IMG/VR virus record: IMGVR_UViG_2778261300_000006
Coordinates: 1 to 19,140 of that record
Length of the DNA: 19,140 bases
Strand: one strand, 5' to 3'
DNA from: a virus
Lineage: Duplodnaviria > Heunggongvirae > Uroviricota > Caudoviricetes
This document shows, one piece after another, positions 6,528 through 14,989 of this stretch (positions are counted from its first letter, which is position 1; every line of letters begins with the position of its first letter). A program made the position numbers and the translations under genes. Below the pieces are notes generated by a model, which had not been told where the DNA came from, searched no databases, and was given only the letters and a program-made list of their open reading frames with translations.

Positions 6528-7944
6528 CTATCTGCATGGCGTCGAAACCATTGAGGTGGAAAACGGAGCCCGCCCGGTTAAAACGGTGAAATCTGCCGTT
6601 ATTGGCCTGATTGGTACCGCCCCGATGGGGGATGTCAATACGCTGGTACAGTGCCTGTCTGAGAAAGACGCTGCGGCATTTGGCAGCCAGTTCACCGGCT
6701 TTACCATTCCGCAGGCGCTGGATGCGATTTATGACCATGGTGCAGGCACCGTTCTGGTCATTAACGTACTCGATCCGTCTGTGCATAAAACCGCTGTGGT
6801 CAGTGAGAATGTGTCGTTCGACAAGGCGACAGGCAGAGCCCGGCTGGCTAATCCGGTGGTCGCGCAGCTGGTACTGAAACCGGACAGCGACGGTCAGCCT
6901 TATGTTGAAGGTCAGGACTACTCGCTTGATGCACAGACCGGGGTGATTACTAACCTGGGTAAAAGCATTGCTGCAGATGCAACGGTGAAGGCCAGCTATA
7001 ACTATGCTGATCCGACCAAAGTCACCCCGGCTGATATCATCGGTACCGTTAACGCTGCAGGCAACCGTACCGGCATGAAGCTGCTTAACGACAGTTTTAA
7101 CCTGTTTGGCTACTTCGCCAAAATCCTGATTGCTCCGGTATTCTGCACCCAGAACAGCGTCTCGGTTGAGCTTATCGCCATGGCTGAGAAACTGGGAGCA
7201 GTAACCTATATTGATGCGCCGGTTGGTACCACTTTTGCGCAGGCTCTGGCGGGACGTGGCCCGGAAGGCACCATTAACTTTAATACCAGCTCTGACCGTG
7301 TCCGCCTGTGCTACCCGCATGTGAAGGTATATGACCCGGTGACGAACACGGAGCGTCTGGAGCCACTGAGCCAGCGTGCGGCGGGCCTGCGTGCCAAAGT
7401 CGACCTGGACAAAGGGTACTGGTGGTCATCCTCCAATCAGGAAATTCTGGGGATCACCGGCGTGGAGCGCCAGCTGTCGGCAATGATTGACGATCCGCAG
7501 AGCGAGGTGAACCTGCTTAACGAACAGGGGATCACCACGGTATTCAGCAGTTACGGCAGCGGCCTTCGTCTGTGGGGTAACCGGACGGCAGCATGGCCAA
7601 CGGTCACCCATATGCGTAACTTTGAGAACGTTCGCCGCACCGGTGATGTGATCAACGAGTCCATTCGTTACTTCAGCCAGCAGTACATCGACATGCCGAT
7701 TACTCAGGCGCTGATTGATGCACTGACGGAGTCGGTCAACGCCTACGGTCGCAAAATGACTGGTGATGGTGCGGTACTGGGCTTCCGTTGCTGGTTTGAT
7801 CCGGCCCGCAATCCGGAGACGGAGCTGGCCGCCGGGCACCTGTTGCTGAGCTACAAATATACGCCACCACCGCCGCTGGAGCGACTGACGTTTGAGACTG
7901 AAATCACCTCGGAATACCTGTTAACCCTGAAAGGGGGCAACTGA
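6517..7944 (+). CDS. Contractile tail sheath protein
   Basis: 475 aa with RBS GGAGG 6 nt upstream. Size and position are right for a myovirus sheath, and it is followed immediately by a tube-sized gene. Sequence is reminiscent of Mu L / P2 FI-type sheath proteins. Confidence 0.85.
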   Translation: MAANYLHGVETIEVENGARPVKTVKSAVIGLIGTAPMGDVNTLVQCLSEKDAAAFGSQFTGFTIPQALDAIYDHGAGTVLVINVLDPSVHKTAVVSENVSFDKATGRARLANPVVAQLVLKPDSDGQPYVEGQDYSLDAQTGVITNLGKSIAADATVKASYNYADPTKVTPADIIGTVNAAGNRTGMKLLNDSFNLFGYFAKILIAPVFCTQNSVSVELIAMAEKLGAVTYIDAPVGTTFAQALAGRGPEGTINFNTSSDRVRLCYPHVKVYDPVTNTERLEPLSQRAAGLRAKVDLDKGYWWSSSNQEILGITGVERQLSAMIDDPQSEVNLLNEQGITTVFSSYGSGLRLWGNRTAAWPTVTHMRNFENVRRTGDVINESIRYFSQQYIDMPITQALIDALTESVNAYGRKMTGDGAVLGFRCWFDPARNPETELAAGHLLLSYKYTPPPPLERLTFETEITSEYLLTLKGGN

Positions 7945-8465
7945 TGTCAAAGATTGAGATAAACCGAATCACGAATGCCAACATCTATCTGGATGGTACT
8001 AACCTGCTGGGACGGGCTGAGGAAGTTAAACTCCCCGATGTCTCCATGATTATGCAGGAGCACAAGGCACTGGGGATGGTGGGTAAGGTGGAACTCCCGG
8101 CTGGTTTTGACAAACTGGAAGGCGAAATCAAATGGAACAGCTTTTACCGCGATGCGATGTTGTCTGCCGCGAACCCGTACAAGTCGCTGGCGCTGCAGTG
8201 TCGCTCCAGCGTCCAGCGCTACAGCTCGCAGGGGCTGATCGACGAAATCCCGCTGGTCACCTTCCTGACAATTATGTTCAAGAAGAACCCGCTGGGGACG
8301 TTCAAACAGCACGAGAACGCCGAGTTCTCCAGTAGCTTCACCTGCACGTATATCAGACAGGTACTGGATGGTGAAGAGTTGCTGCAACTGGACTATCTGG
8401 CCAACATCTTCCGCGTCGGTGGCGTTGATCAACTGACTGACTATCGAATCAATATCGGGGGCTGA
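7944..8465 (+). CDS. Tail tube protein
   Basis: 173 aa. ATG overlaps the sheath stop (TGATG) and RBS AAGGGGG lies upstream. Canonical position after the sheath. Confidence 0.8.
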   Translation: MSKIEINRITNANIYLDGTNLLGRAEEVKLPDVSMIMQEHKALGMVGKVELPAGFDKLEGEIKWNSFYRDAMLSAANPYKSLALQCRSSVQRYSSQGLIDEIPLVTFLTIMFKKNPLGTFKQHENAEFSSSFTCTYIRQVLDGEELLQLDYLANIFRVGGVDQLTDYRINIGG

Positions 8466-8467
8466 CG

Positions 8468-8749
8468 GTGAGTGTTGAACTGACTGACAAAGGAGGGCGA
8501 TGTGCGTCACTGGGCATGTCAAATGGTACGTGGTTTACCCTCCTTGATATTCCGGGGGTGGAGACCCTCTTTAATACCCGTAAAACCAATGACCCGATTG
8601 ACTGCACACGTTCAAAGGCCCGCAAACTGGCCGATTTGATTGAAGCATGGGAGCCGCCCGACCAGTGGTTCTCCGGCACCGGCAACTCTGAGGGAAAGGC
8701 GCTTCTCATCGCTTTCCTGCGTAACTGCAAGGGTTTTCGCACTTGCTGA
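8468..8749 (+). CDS. Hypothetical small protein between tube and chaperone genes
   Basis: 93-aa ORF with GTG start at 8468 (alternative in-frame ATG at 8516). No recognisable family. Followed directly by a terminator-like hairpin. Confidence 0.3.
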   Translation: MSVELTDKGGRCASLGMSNGTWFTLLDIPGVETLFNTRKTNDPIDCTRSKARKLADLIEAWEPPDQWFSGTGNSEGKALLIAFLRNCKGFRTC

Positions 8750-8756
8750 CATCACA

Positions 8757-8778
8757 GGGGCTCCGGCCCCTTCTTTTT
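8757..8778 (+). terminator. Rho-independent terminator-like hairpin inside the tail operon
   Basis: GGGGC-tccg-GCCCC stem-loop (8757..8770) followed by TTCTTTTT (8771..8778). Confidence 0.45.
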
Positions 8779-8846
8779 AATCCCCTTTAATATCCGTCAC
8801 GTCCACCGCCAGACATACTGCTCTGAATTTACAAAGGAGTATGATC

Positions 8847-9182
8847 ATGTCACAGACCCAGTCCGATACTTTTACGCTGTCTTATCCTTTCACCACTGCT
8901 GCAGGTACCAGAATTGAACAGATTGAACTGAAACGCCTGACAGTAAAAGACCTGAAGCAGGTGCGCAAAATCAACAAAGACCCGACAGACTGGGACGAAC
9001 CACTGATTGCCCGTAGCACCGGTATCCTCCCGGAAGACCTCGATAACATGGATCTTGCCGACTATATGGAGCTGCAGAAACGATTTCAGAAAATCACTGG
9101 GCTGGGCAAGAGCGACAAAAACACTGATGCAGGTGCAGGGCCTGCTGGCGAGATGGTTCAGGTTTCAACCGGGGGAGATTGA
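8847..9182 (+). CDS. Tail assembly chaperone (P2 gpE / lambda gpG-type), upstream frame
   Basis: ATG at 8847 with AAGGAG 7 nt upstream (the 8841 ATG is too close to the RBS). Small acidic protein directly upstream of the tape measure gene, with an overlapping out-of-frame ORF, the hallmark of the conserved chaperone frameshift pair. Confidence 0.65.
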   Translation: MSQTQSDTFTLSYPFTTAAGTRIEQIELKRLTVKDLKQVRKINKDPTDWDEPLIARSTGILPEDLDNMDLADYMELQKRFQKITGLGKSDKNTDAGAGPAGEMVQVSTGGD

Positions 9183-9264
9183 TGCCCTCGATACTGACGA
9201 TCTGGAGATGTGGCTGGAGCAGGCTGAAGAGCAAATCAAAAGCGAGTTCGGCGACAATCAGTAA
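9007..9264 (+). CDS. Frameshift extension of the tail assembly chaperone (E'-like C-terminal extension)
   Basis: ORF in the +1 frame relative to 8847..9182, overlapping its 3' end. It encodes an acidic helical tail (...IDALDTDDLEMWLEQAEEQIKSEFGDNQ). It has no plausible independent start (TTG in the track). Only the 3' part (roughly 9170..9264) would be translated after the shift. Confidence 0.45.
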   Translation: MPVAPVSSRKTSITWILPTIWSCRNDFRKSLGWARATKTLMQVQGLLARWFRFQPGEIDALDTDDLEMWLEQAEEQIKSEFGDNQ

Positions 9265-9357
9265 CAACGTATCACTTAACAGCCGCCAGTCGCGGCTGTT
9301 CTGCATGGGTTTCAGACACTTCCCTTCCGTTTTTTTTGCTTTCAGAGGATAGCCACC

Positions 9358-11823
9358 GTGGCCAGTGAATTTTCAGTCGGCGTCATTATTGGCGGCATTG
9401 TCGGGAGCAGCTTCCGCTCAGCCGTCAGTGGCACCCGACGCGCCCTTGATTCCCTTGGTGATACCTCCCGCCGTCTGCAGGAACGCCAGAATGCCTTAAC
9501 CCGGGCAACAGAACGTTATGGTCAACTGGGTTCTTCCCGGATGCAGCATCTCAACAGCGAGTTGCTGCGGGTAAGCCGCACCATGGAGCAAATTGAACGT
9601 CAGCAGCGCCGTCTGTCAGCAGTATCAGCCACCGGTGATGCGTTGAAGGCTAACCGCCTGGCGCTCTATGGTCAGGGTGCAGAAACCTATGCTATTGGCA
9701 GAACGCTGGGCGCACCGGTCATGGCCTCGGTTAAACAATATGCCTCGTTTGAATCACAGTTGCGGGATATCAGTGTCACAGGAGACCTGGATGCAAAACA
9801 GGAACGTGCAATTGGCCAGGCTATCAGACAGGCCTCGCTGAAGGTTAACCAACTGCAGGAGTCTCTGTTAGGGGGAGTCGGACAATTAGTTGCTGATGGT
9901 ATGGCCCCCGAACGGGCAGCAACGTTTGCAGAGATGCTTGGAAAGACCGCTACAGCAACCAAAGCCGATATGACCGACCTTGCCAAAATGACTTATGCCT
10001 TCAGCGATGCACTCAGAATCACTGATGCGAAAGAACTTGAACAGGCGTTTGGTATTGCGGCAACAGGAGCCAAACTTGGGTCATTTGAGCTGAAGGATAT
10101 GGCAAAAGCATTACCCGGTATGGCTAAAGCCTTCGCTGCTCGTGGTATTTATGGAAAAGATGCGATTACCCAGATTGTTGCCAGTCTGGAGGTCGGTAAA
10201 GGTAGTGGCTCTGCAGAGGAAGCGGTCACCAATATGTCCAACTGGCTGGCAGCAATGGGCCGCGGAGATACCATCCAGAAATATGCTAAAGCCGGGGTGG
10301 ATTACCAGGGGTCAATGCAGAATTACGTCGCTCAGGGTTTTTCGCAGTACGAAGCTTCACTGATGATTGCCAACCGTTTTATCGACAGTAAAGGCAAAGC
10401 GTTCTTGCAGCAATGGAAAGCTGCAGGAGCAAGAGGCGATCAGGAAGGTCAGCAGAAACTCATGGAGTCATTTGGTCTGGCTGAGGTCTTTACCGATATT
10501 CAGACTGTCAACCATTTACTGTCAATGCGACAGGGCTGGGATAAATACCTTTCCAGTAAGCAGGAAATGAATACTCCGGCTGCAATGTCTACCCTGGATA
10601 AGGATGCTGCAAAGCAGAATGATACGCTTGAAGGTCGCTGGCGCAGAATGCAGATCGGCTTTAATGATTCTGCTATCAGCATCGGGCAATCCTTGCGTCC
10701 GGCTTTGCTCCAGTTGGGTGAAACATTTATTCCTTTAATGGACAGTGTTGGCAAATGGATAGCGGCAAATCCGCAGCTCGTCAGCAGCACCATAAAGGTT
10801 GTGGGCGCATTACTCGCTTTCAGGATGGCCACTATCGGTCTCAAGCTTGGGCTGAATCTCCTTCTTTCCCCCTTTGTAAGCGTCTGGAAAAATGCTGTTT
10901 TACTTCGGGCCAACTGGCTTCGTCTGACGCTCGCACTGGGGGAAGGCGGTAAACTCCGCTGGCTGGTGACAGGCTTTGGTGCTGTCGCCAGAGGAGCCAG
11001 AACACTGGGTGGTGTGCTCTCAGGGGGGCTGGTTCGCGGAATTATGAGCGCCGGGCGTGCCGTTCTCTGGATTGGCCGGGCGCTGCTGATGAATCCCATC
11101 GGTCTCGTTATCACCGCCGTCGCGGCAGCAGCTTACCTTATCTACCGCAACTGGGGCGCAGTCAGTAGCTGGTTTAAACAGCGCTGGGCTGACATTCAGG
11201 AAGCCTTTAACGGCGGCATCGTGGGAATTGGTAAACTGCTGGTTAACTGGTCTCCGGCTGGTCTGCTTTATAAAGCCTTTGCGGCTGCGCTGAAATATCT
11301 CGGCGTTGATCTGCCGGCGAAATTCACCGACTTCGGTGGTCATCTTATTGACGGGTTGATAAATGGCATCAGAAACAAATGGGCGTCACTCAAAACCAGC
11401 GTAACCGGAATGGGTGACAGCATCAGTGACTGGTTCAGCGAAAAGCTGGGCATCCATTCACCGAGTCGCGTGTTTATGGGCTTTGGTGACAATATCGCGC
11501 AGGGTGCCGCCATTGGCCTGCAACGGACCACTCCGCTTGCTGCACTGGCCGGGCAGCGCCTGGCCGCTGAAATGACACCGGATGTTCCCCGTATCCCGTC
11601 GCCGGAAATCATGGCTGCCGGATATTCAGGCCGTGGCGCAACTGCAACCGGCGGTGGAGCGTCTGGCGGTATCCAGGTCAGCTTTAATCCTCAGTTTTTC
11701 CTCAATGGTAAGGAAACCGCAGCGCCTGCCGGGCTGGCTGGTGCCCTGAATATGAGCCTGCATGAGCTGGAAAAAATGCTGGAGCGTCTGCTGGCTCAGA
11801 AACAACGTAAGGAGTACAGCTGA
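9358..11823 (+). CDS. Tail tape measure protein
   Basis: 821 aa. GTG start with AGAGGA 8 nt upstream. Long helical N-terminal region, Gly/Ala-rich hydrophobic central segments and overall architecture typical of tape measure proteins. Confidence 0.85.
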   Translation: MASEFSVGVIIGGIVGSSFRSAVSGTRRALDSLGDTSRRLQERQNALTRATERYGQLGSSRMQHLNSELLRVSRTMEQIERQQRRLSAVSATGDALKANRLALYGQGAETYAIGRTLGAPVMASVKQYASFESQLRDISVTGDLDAKQERAIGQAIRQASLKVNQLQESLLGGVGQLVADGMAPERAATFAEMLGKTATATKADMTDLAKMTYAFSDALRITDAKELEQAFGIAATGAKLGSFELKDMAKALPGMAKAFAARGIYGKDAITQIVASLEVGKGSGSAEEAVTNMSNWLAAMGRGDTIQKYAKAGVDYQGSMQNYVAQGFSQYEASLMIANRFIDSKGKAFLQQWKAAGARGDQEGQQKLMESFGLAEVFTDIQTVNHLLSMRQGWDKYLSSKQEMNTPAAMSTLDKDAAKQNDTLEGRWRRMQIGFNDSAISIGQSLRPALLQLGETFIPLMDSVGKWIAANPQLVSSTIKVVGALLAFRMATIGLKLGLNLLLSPFVSVWKNAVLLRANWLRLTLALGEGGKLRWLVTGFGAVARGARTLGGVLSGGLVRGIMSAGRAVLWIGRALLMNPIGLVITAVAAAAYLIYRNWGAVSSWFKQRWADIQEAFNGGIVGIGKLLVNWSPAGLLYKAFAAALKYLGVDLPAKFTDFGGHLIDGLINGIRNKWASLKTSVTGMGDSISDWFSEKLGIHSPSRVFMGFGDNIAQGAAIGLQRTTPLAALAGQRLAAEMTPDVPRIPSPEIMAAGYSGRGATATGGGASGGIQVSFNPQFFLNGKETAAPAGLAGALNMSLHELEKMLERLLAQKQRKEYS

Positions 11824-12707
11824 TGTTTGCCGTACTGGGTGATATTGAGTTTGAACTGATTACCTACTGGGACGGCTTCGAGGCCACGTTTGGCGTCGAT
11901 TATGCGGAGCATGCCCGCATCGAGGGTAAACCCGGCCTGCAGTTTGTCGGCGACAGGCTGGACGAAATCCAGATAAGCCTGGTCTTCCATCAGCATTATT
12001 GTGTGCCCGACGTGGAGCTGGCGAGAGTGCGAACAGCCATGAAGGCCCATCAGGCACTGGCGCTGGTCTTCGGCAACGGTGACTATCGCGGCTGGTTCGT
12101 GATTACCGATGTGACCGCAACCAGCGAGCAGACAGACAGCACCGGTAACGTGCTGGCTGTCAGTGCCACCGTGTCTCTCCGGGAATACACCGGTGACCCG
12201 AAAAATCCTCTGCAACCGCCGGCAATACGCAGGCAGGTTCCCGGTGCCGGAGCTGTATCGGGTGCTGTTCCATCGCCTTCCGGGGTGGCGCAGTTCGTCC
12301 GTAACGGCGTCAACTATGCGAAACAGGCGCAGTCTGTACTCCAGACCACTATCAGTGCCGTTCGGGTGGCGCAGAAAATGAAGGGTAACCCCGTTGTCGC
12401 GCTGACCCGTGTGCCTGGACTGATGAGCGGACTGGGTAATATATCCGGAGCTCTGGGGAAAAGTGTTCCGGCGTTTAATGCACTCTCTGAATCCATGCCC
12501 GATGCCATCAGTCTGGCCAGAACAGCCAGTGAGGCAGCCACGTATGTACAGCAGGCGCAGTCGGCGCTGAGTGGTGTGGACAAAAGAAATATTGCAGGTG
12601 CTCTGGATACCGTTTCCGGGCAGCTTAACGCCGCCGGCACAGCATTCAACCGCATGTCTCCGGGATTAAGTGCAATGGCCGCCAGAATACTGACGAGGAG
12701 TGTGTGA
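11823..12707 (+). CDS. P2 gpU-like tail protein (DNA-circulation-type N-terminal domain)
   Basis: ATG overlaps the tape-measure stop, with AAGGAG 8 nt upstream. N-terminus MFAVLGDIEFELI resembles gpU-family starts. Position is after the tape measure. Confidence 0.55.
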   Translation: MFAVLGDIEFELITYWDGFEATFGVDYAEHARIEGKPGLQFVGDRLDEIQISLVFHQHYCVPDVELARVRTAMKAHQALALVFGNGDYRGWFVITDVTATSEQTDSTGNVLAVSATVSLREYTGDPKNPLQPPAIRRQVPGAGAVSGAVPSPSGVAQFVRNGVNYAKQAQSVLQTTISAVRVAQKMKGNPVVALTRVPGLMSGLGNISGALGKSVPAFNALSESMPDAISLARTASEAATYVQQAQSALSGVDKRNIAGALDTVSGQLNAAGTAFNRMSPGLSAMAARILTRSV

Positions 12708-12919
12708 TGTTTCTTGAACATATTACCCGTGACGGAGAGCGCTGGGATTCGCTGGCATGGCAGTACTACGGTGACCCGCTGGGCTATCCCCGGATTATTG
12801 CAGCCAATCCGCACGTGGCCATTACGCCGGTGCTGCCCTCCGGGGTGTTGTTACTGATCCCGGTTATTGAGGCTGAAGATGCCCGCACAGAAGAGGATGT
12901 TGCTCCATGGCTGAGATAA
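12707..12919 (+). CDS. Tail protein X-like (P2 gpX family)
   Basis: 70 aa. ATG overlaps the upstream stop, with GAGGAG 6 nt upstream. Pattern W..LAWQYYGDPLGY..IIAANP......LP.G..L.IP resembles the gpX / LysM-like family. Confidence 0.6.
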   Translation: MFLEHITRDGERWDSLAWQYYGDPLGYPRIIAANPHVAITPVLPSGVLLLIPVIEAEDARTEEDVAPWLR

Positions 12920-14061
12920 ACAGTACTGCGCAAGACGTATCAGCGTTAACCGGCGTCAGCGATGTGCTGACGCCGGTGTTCACTCTGTGGTATCTGCAGA
13001 AAAATATCACCTCTGATATCGCGCCTTATGTCACCCGTGTGACCTGGAGCGATAACATCAAAAATGAGTCCGATACCATTGAGGTGGAGCTGGATGACAC
13101 CGATGGTCGCTGGCTGGATAAGTGGTATCCGGGCAAGGGTGACACGCTGACGCTGAAAATGGGTTATCAGGGCGAGAAACTGCTGTCCTGCGGTACATTC
13201 TCAATAGACGAGATCGAAGTGAGTTCGCCCGCGTCCGTTGTCGCTATCCGTGGGGTGGCCACCTCGGTTAACAGTGCTCTGCGGACTAAATCCAGCCGTG
13301 GTTTTGAGAACACCACGCTGGCAGCTGTTGCGGGGCGGATTGCCAGAAAGCACCGACTGAAACTGGTGGGCAGCATTGAGTCCATCAAAATCGACCGGGT
13401 GACCCAGTATGCTGAAACCGACGTGGGTTTTCTGCGCCGGCTGGCCAGCGAGTATGGTTATGCAGTGAAAGTGGTCAGTGACCAGTTGATTTTTTCTCAT
13501 CTGGCCACACTGCGCAGTCAGGAGCCGGTCAGGCAGTTAAAACCGCAGGATGTGGCCCGCTTTTCCCTGCGTGACACCATCAACCGGGTCTATAAATCTG
13601 CAAAGGTAAAACACCAGAAAAGCAGCAGTAAAAAACTGATCGTCTACGAAGCTGATGGTGGTACCCGTGAAAGCGACAAAAAGCTCAAAGGTGGTAAGGT
13701 TACCAGCGCTGACTCACTTAAAGTTAACAGCCGTGTCAGCGACCCGGACAGTGCCCGGATTAAAGCGGATTCAGCACTGGCCAGACATAACGAATACCAG
13801 CAGAACGGCTCCCTGACGCTGACGGGAACGCCTCAACTGACAGCAGGCAACAAAATTGAACTGGTGGGCTTTGGACAGTTATCCGGTCCATGGCTGATAA
13901 TCACTGCCCGCCATGCGTTTGAGCGTAACAGCGGCTACACCACAGAGCTGGAAGTGGCACGGGGGCCAGTCACAAGAGGGAAAAAACAAAAAACTCAGAA
14001 ACTCACGGTTTATCACCCGGATGGCAGTACATCGACGGTGATTAAGGAGAAGAAAAAATGA
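12907..14061 (+). CDS. P2 gpD-like / Mu P-like tail protein (baseplate hub-type)
   Basis: 384 aa. Position between the gpX-like and spike genes. Lys-rich C-terminus. 3' end overlaps the next start (ATGA). Confidence 0.65.
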   Translation: MAEINSTAQDVSALTGVSDVLTPVFTLWYLQKNITSDIAPYVTRVTWSDNIKNESDTIEVELDDTDGRWLDKWYPGKGDTLTLKMGYQGEKLLSCGTFSIDEIEVSSPASVVAIRGVATSVNSALRTKSSRGFENTTLAAVAGRIARKHRLKLVGSIESIKIDRVTQYAETDVGFLRRLASEYGYAVKVVSDQLIFSHLATLRSQEPVRQLKPQDVARFSLRDTINRVYKSAKVKHQKSSSKKLIVYEADGGTRESDKKLKGGKVTSADSLKVNSRVSDPDSARIKADSALARHNEYQQNGSLTLTGTPQLTAGNKIELVGFGQLSGPWLIITARHAFERNSGYTTELEVARGPVTRGKKQKTQKLTVYHPDGSTSTVIKEKKK

Positions 14062-14585
14062 CTGGTGTCACCCGTCAGGTCGGTACGGTCAGTGCCGTTG
14101 ATGCCGACAGGGTTCAGGCCCGCGTTCGTCTGCCTGAATGCGATAATCTGCGCACAAACTGGCTTAACGTGCTACAGCGCAATACCCAGGATAACAAGGA
14201 TTACTGGCTCCCTGACGTGGGGGAGCAGGTTGAGGTGCTGCTCGATGCCAACGGCGAGGATGGTGTTATTCTGGGCGCGGTGTACTCAGACGTCGATAAA
14301 CCGCCGTTCAGTGATAAAAACGTCCGGGGTACGAAATACGCTGATGGCGCGGAGTTCAGTTATAACCGCGCGACCCATACGCTGACGGTCAGAGGAGGTA
14401 TTGAGCGTATCGTGGTGGAGGTTGCCGCTGATATCTCTCTCAAAGGGAAAAAACTCGACCTCACGGGAGTTACCACGATCAACGGCCCCGCGACACTCAA
14501 TGGTGATCTGGAAATCAACGGAAGCGCCCATGCAACGGGTAACATATTTGCTGATGGTCAGAACTCTAATCACCATTCCCATTGA
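14058..14585 (+). CDS. Baseplate central spike protein (gpV-like)
   Basis: 175 aa with AAGGAG RBS. gpV-like N-terminal OB-fold region. His-rich C-terminal apex (...GQNSNHHSH). Confidence 0.75.
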   Translation: MTGVTRQVGTVSAVDADRVQARVRLPECDNLRTNWLNVLQRNTQDNKDYWLPDVGEQVEVLLDANGEDGVILGAVYSDVDKPPFSDKNVRGTKYADGAEFSYNRATHTLTVRGGIERIVVEVAADISLKGKKLDLTGVTTINGPATLNGDLEINGSAHATGNIFADGQNSNHHSH

Positions 14586-14641
14586 ACCTTCTTAAACGCC
14601 TTTAATATCGGCGCTTACTTCCCGGGGGCAATACTGCCTCC

Positions 14642-14989
14642 ATGAAAACGACCTCAGTATTCTGGCAACCAGCTCTGCAGGCTCCCGGCGAAATCGTCCG
14701 GGGGCTGGATGATATCCGGCAGTCCATCCAGATCATCCTGCGGACTCCCCGCGGCAGCGACCCGCATCGCCCGGAGTTCGGCAGCAATCTGCACCTTTAT
14801 ATCGACTGGCCTGTCGGCCGGGCCATTCCGCATGTGGTTCGCGAATCCGTCGATGCCATCAGGCGCTGGGAACCCCGCTGCCAGCTTATGTCGGTTAAAC
14901 CCGCCGTCGACGGCGAACATCTTACGCTCCGGGTGAGCTGGAAAGGCTCAGACGGACAACCCCGTACTCAGGAACTGCTATGGCGCTGA
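14642..14989 (+). CDS. Baseplate wedge protein (gpW / gp25-like)
   Basis: 115 aa. Pattern ...IRQSIQIILRTPRGSDPHRPEFGSNLHLYIDWP... is typical of the GPW_gp25 family. 3' end overlaps the J-like start. Confidence 0.75.
   Translation: MKTTSVFWQPALQAPGEIVRGLDDIRQSIQIILRTPRGSDPHRPEFGSNLHLYIDWPVGRAIPHVVRESVDAIRRWEPRCQLMSVKPAVDGEHLTLRVSWKGSDGQPRTQELLWR

Noticed and set aside
6448-7320. 290-aa minus-strand ORF antisense to the tail sheath gene
   Set aside because: Lies entirely within the sheath gene on the opposite strand. GC-rich genes commonly yield long antisense open frames. No RBS or functional signature.
10500-11114. 204-aa minus-strand ORF (Pro/Ser/Arg-rich) antisense to the tape measure gene
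   Set aside because: Low-complexity translation of the reverse strand of a well-supported long gene. Considered an artefact.
14058-14585. His-rich C-terminal apex (NHHSH) of the spike protein as a novel feature
   Set aside because: A histidine-rich metal-binding tip is a known property of gpV-type spike proteins. Noted as supporting evidence only.
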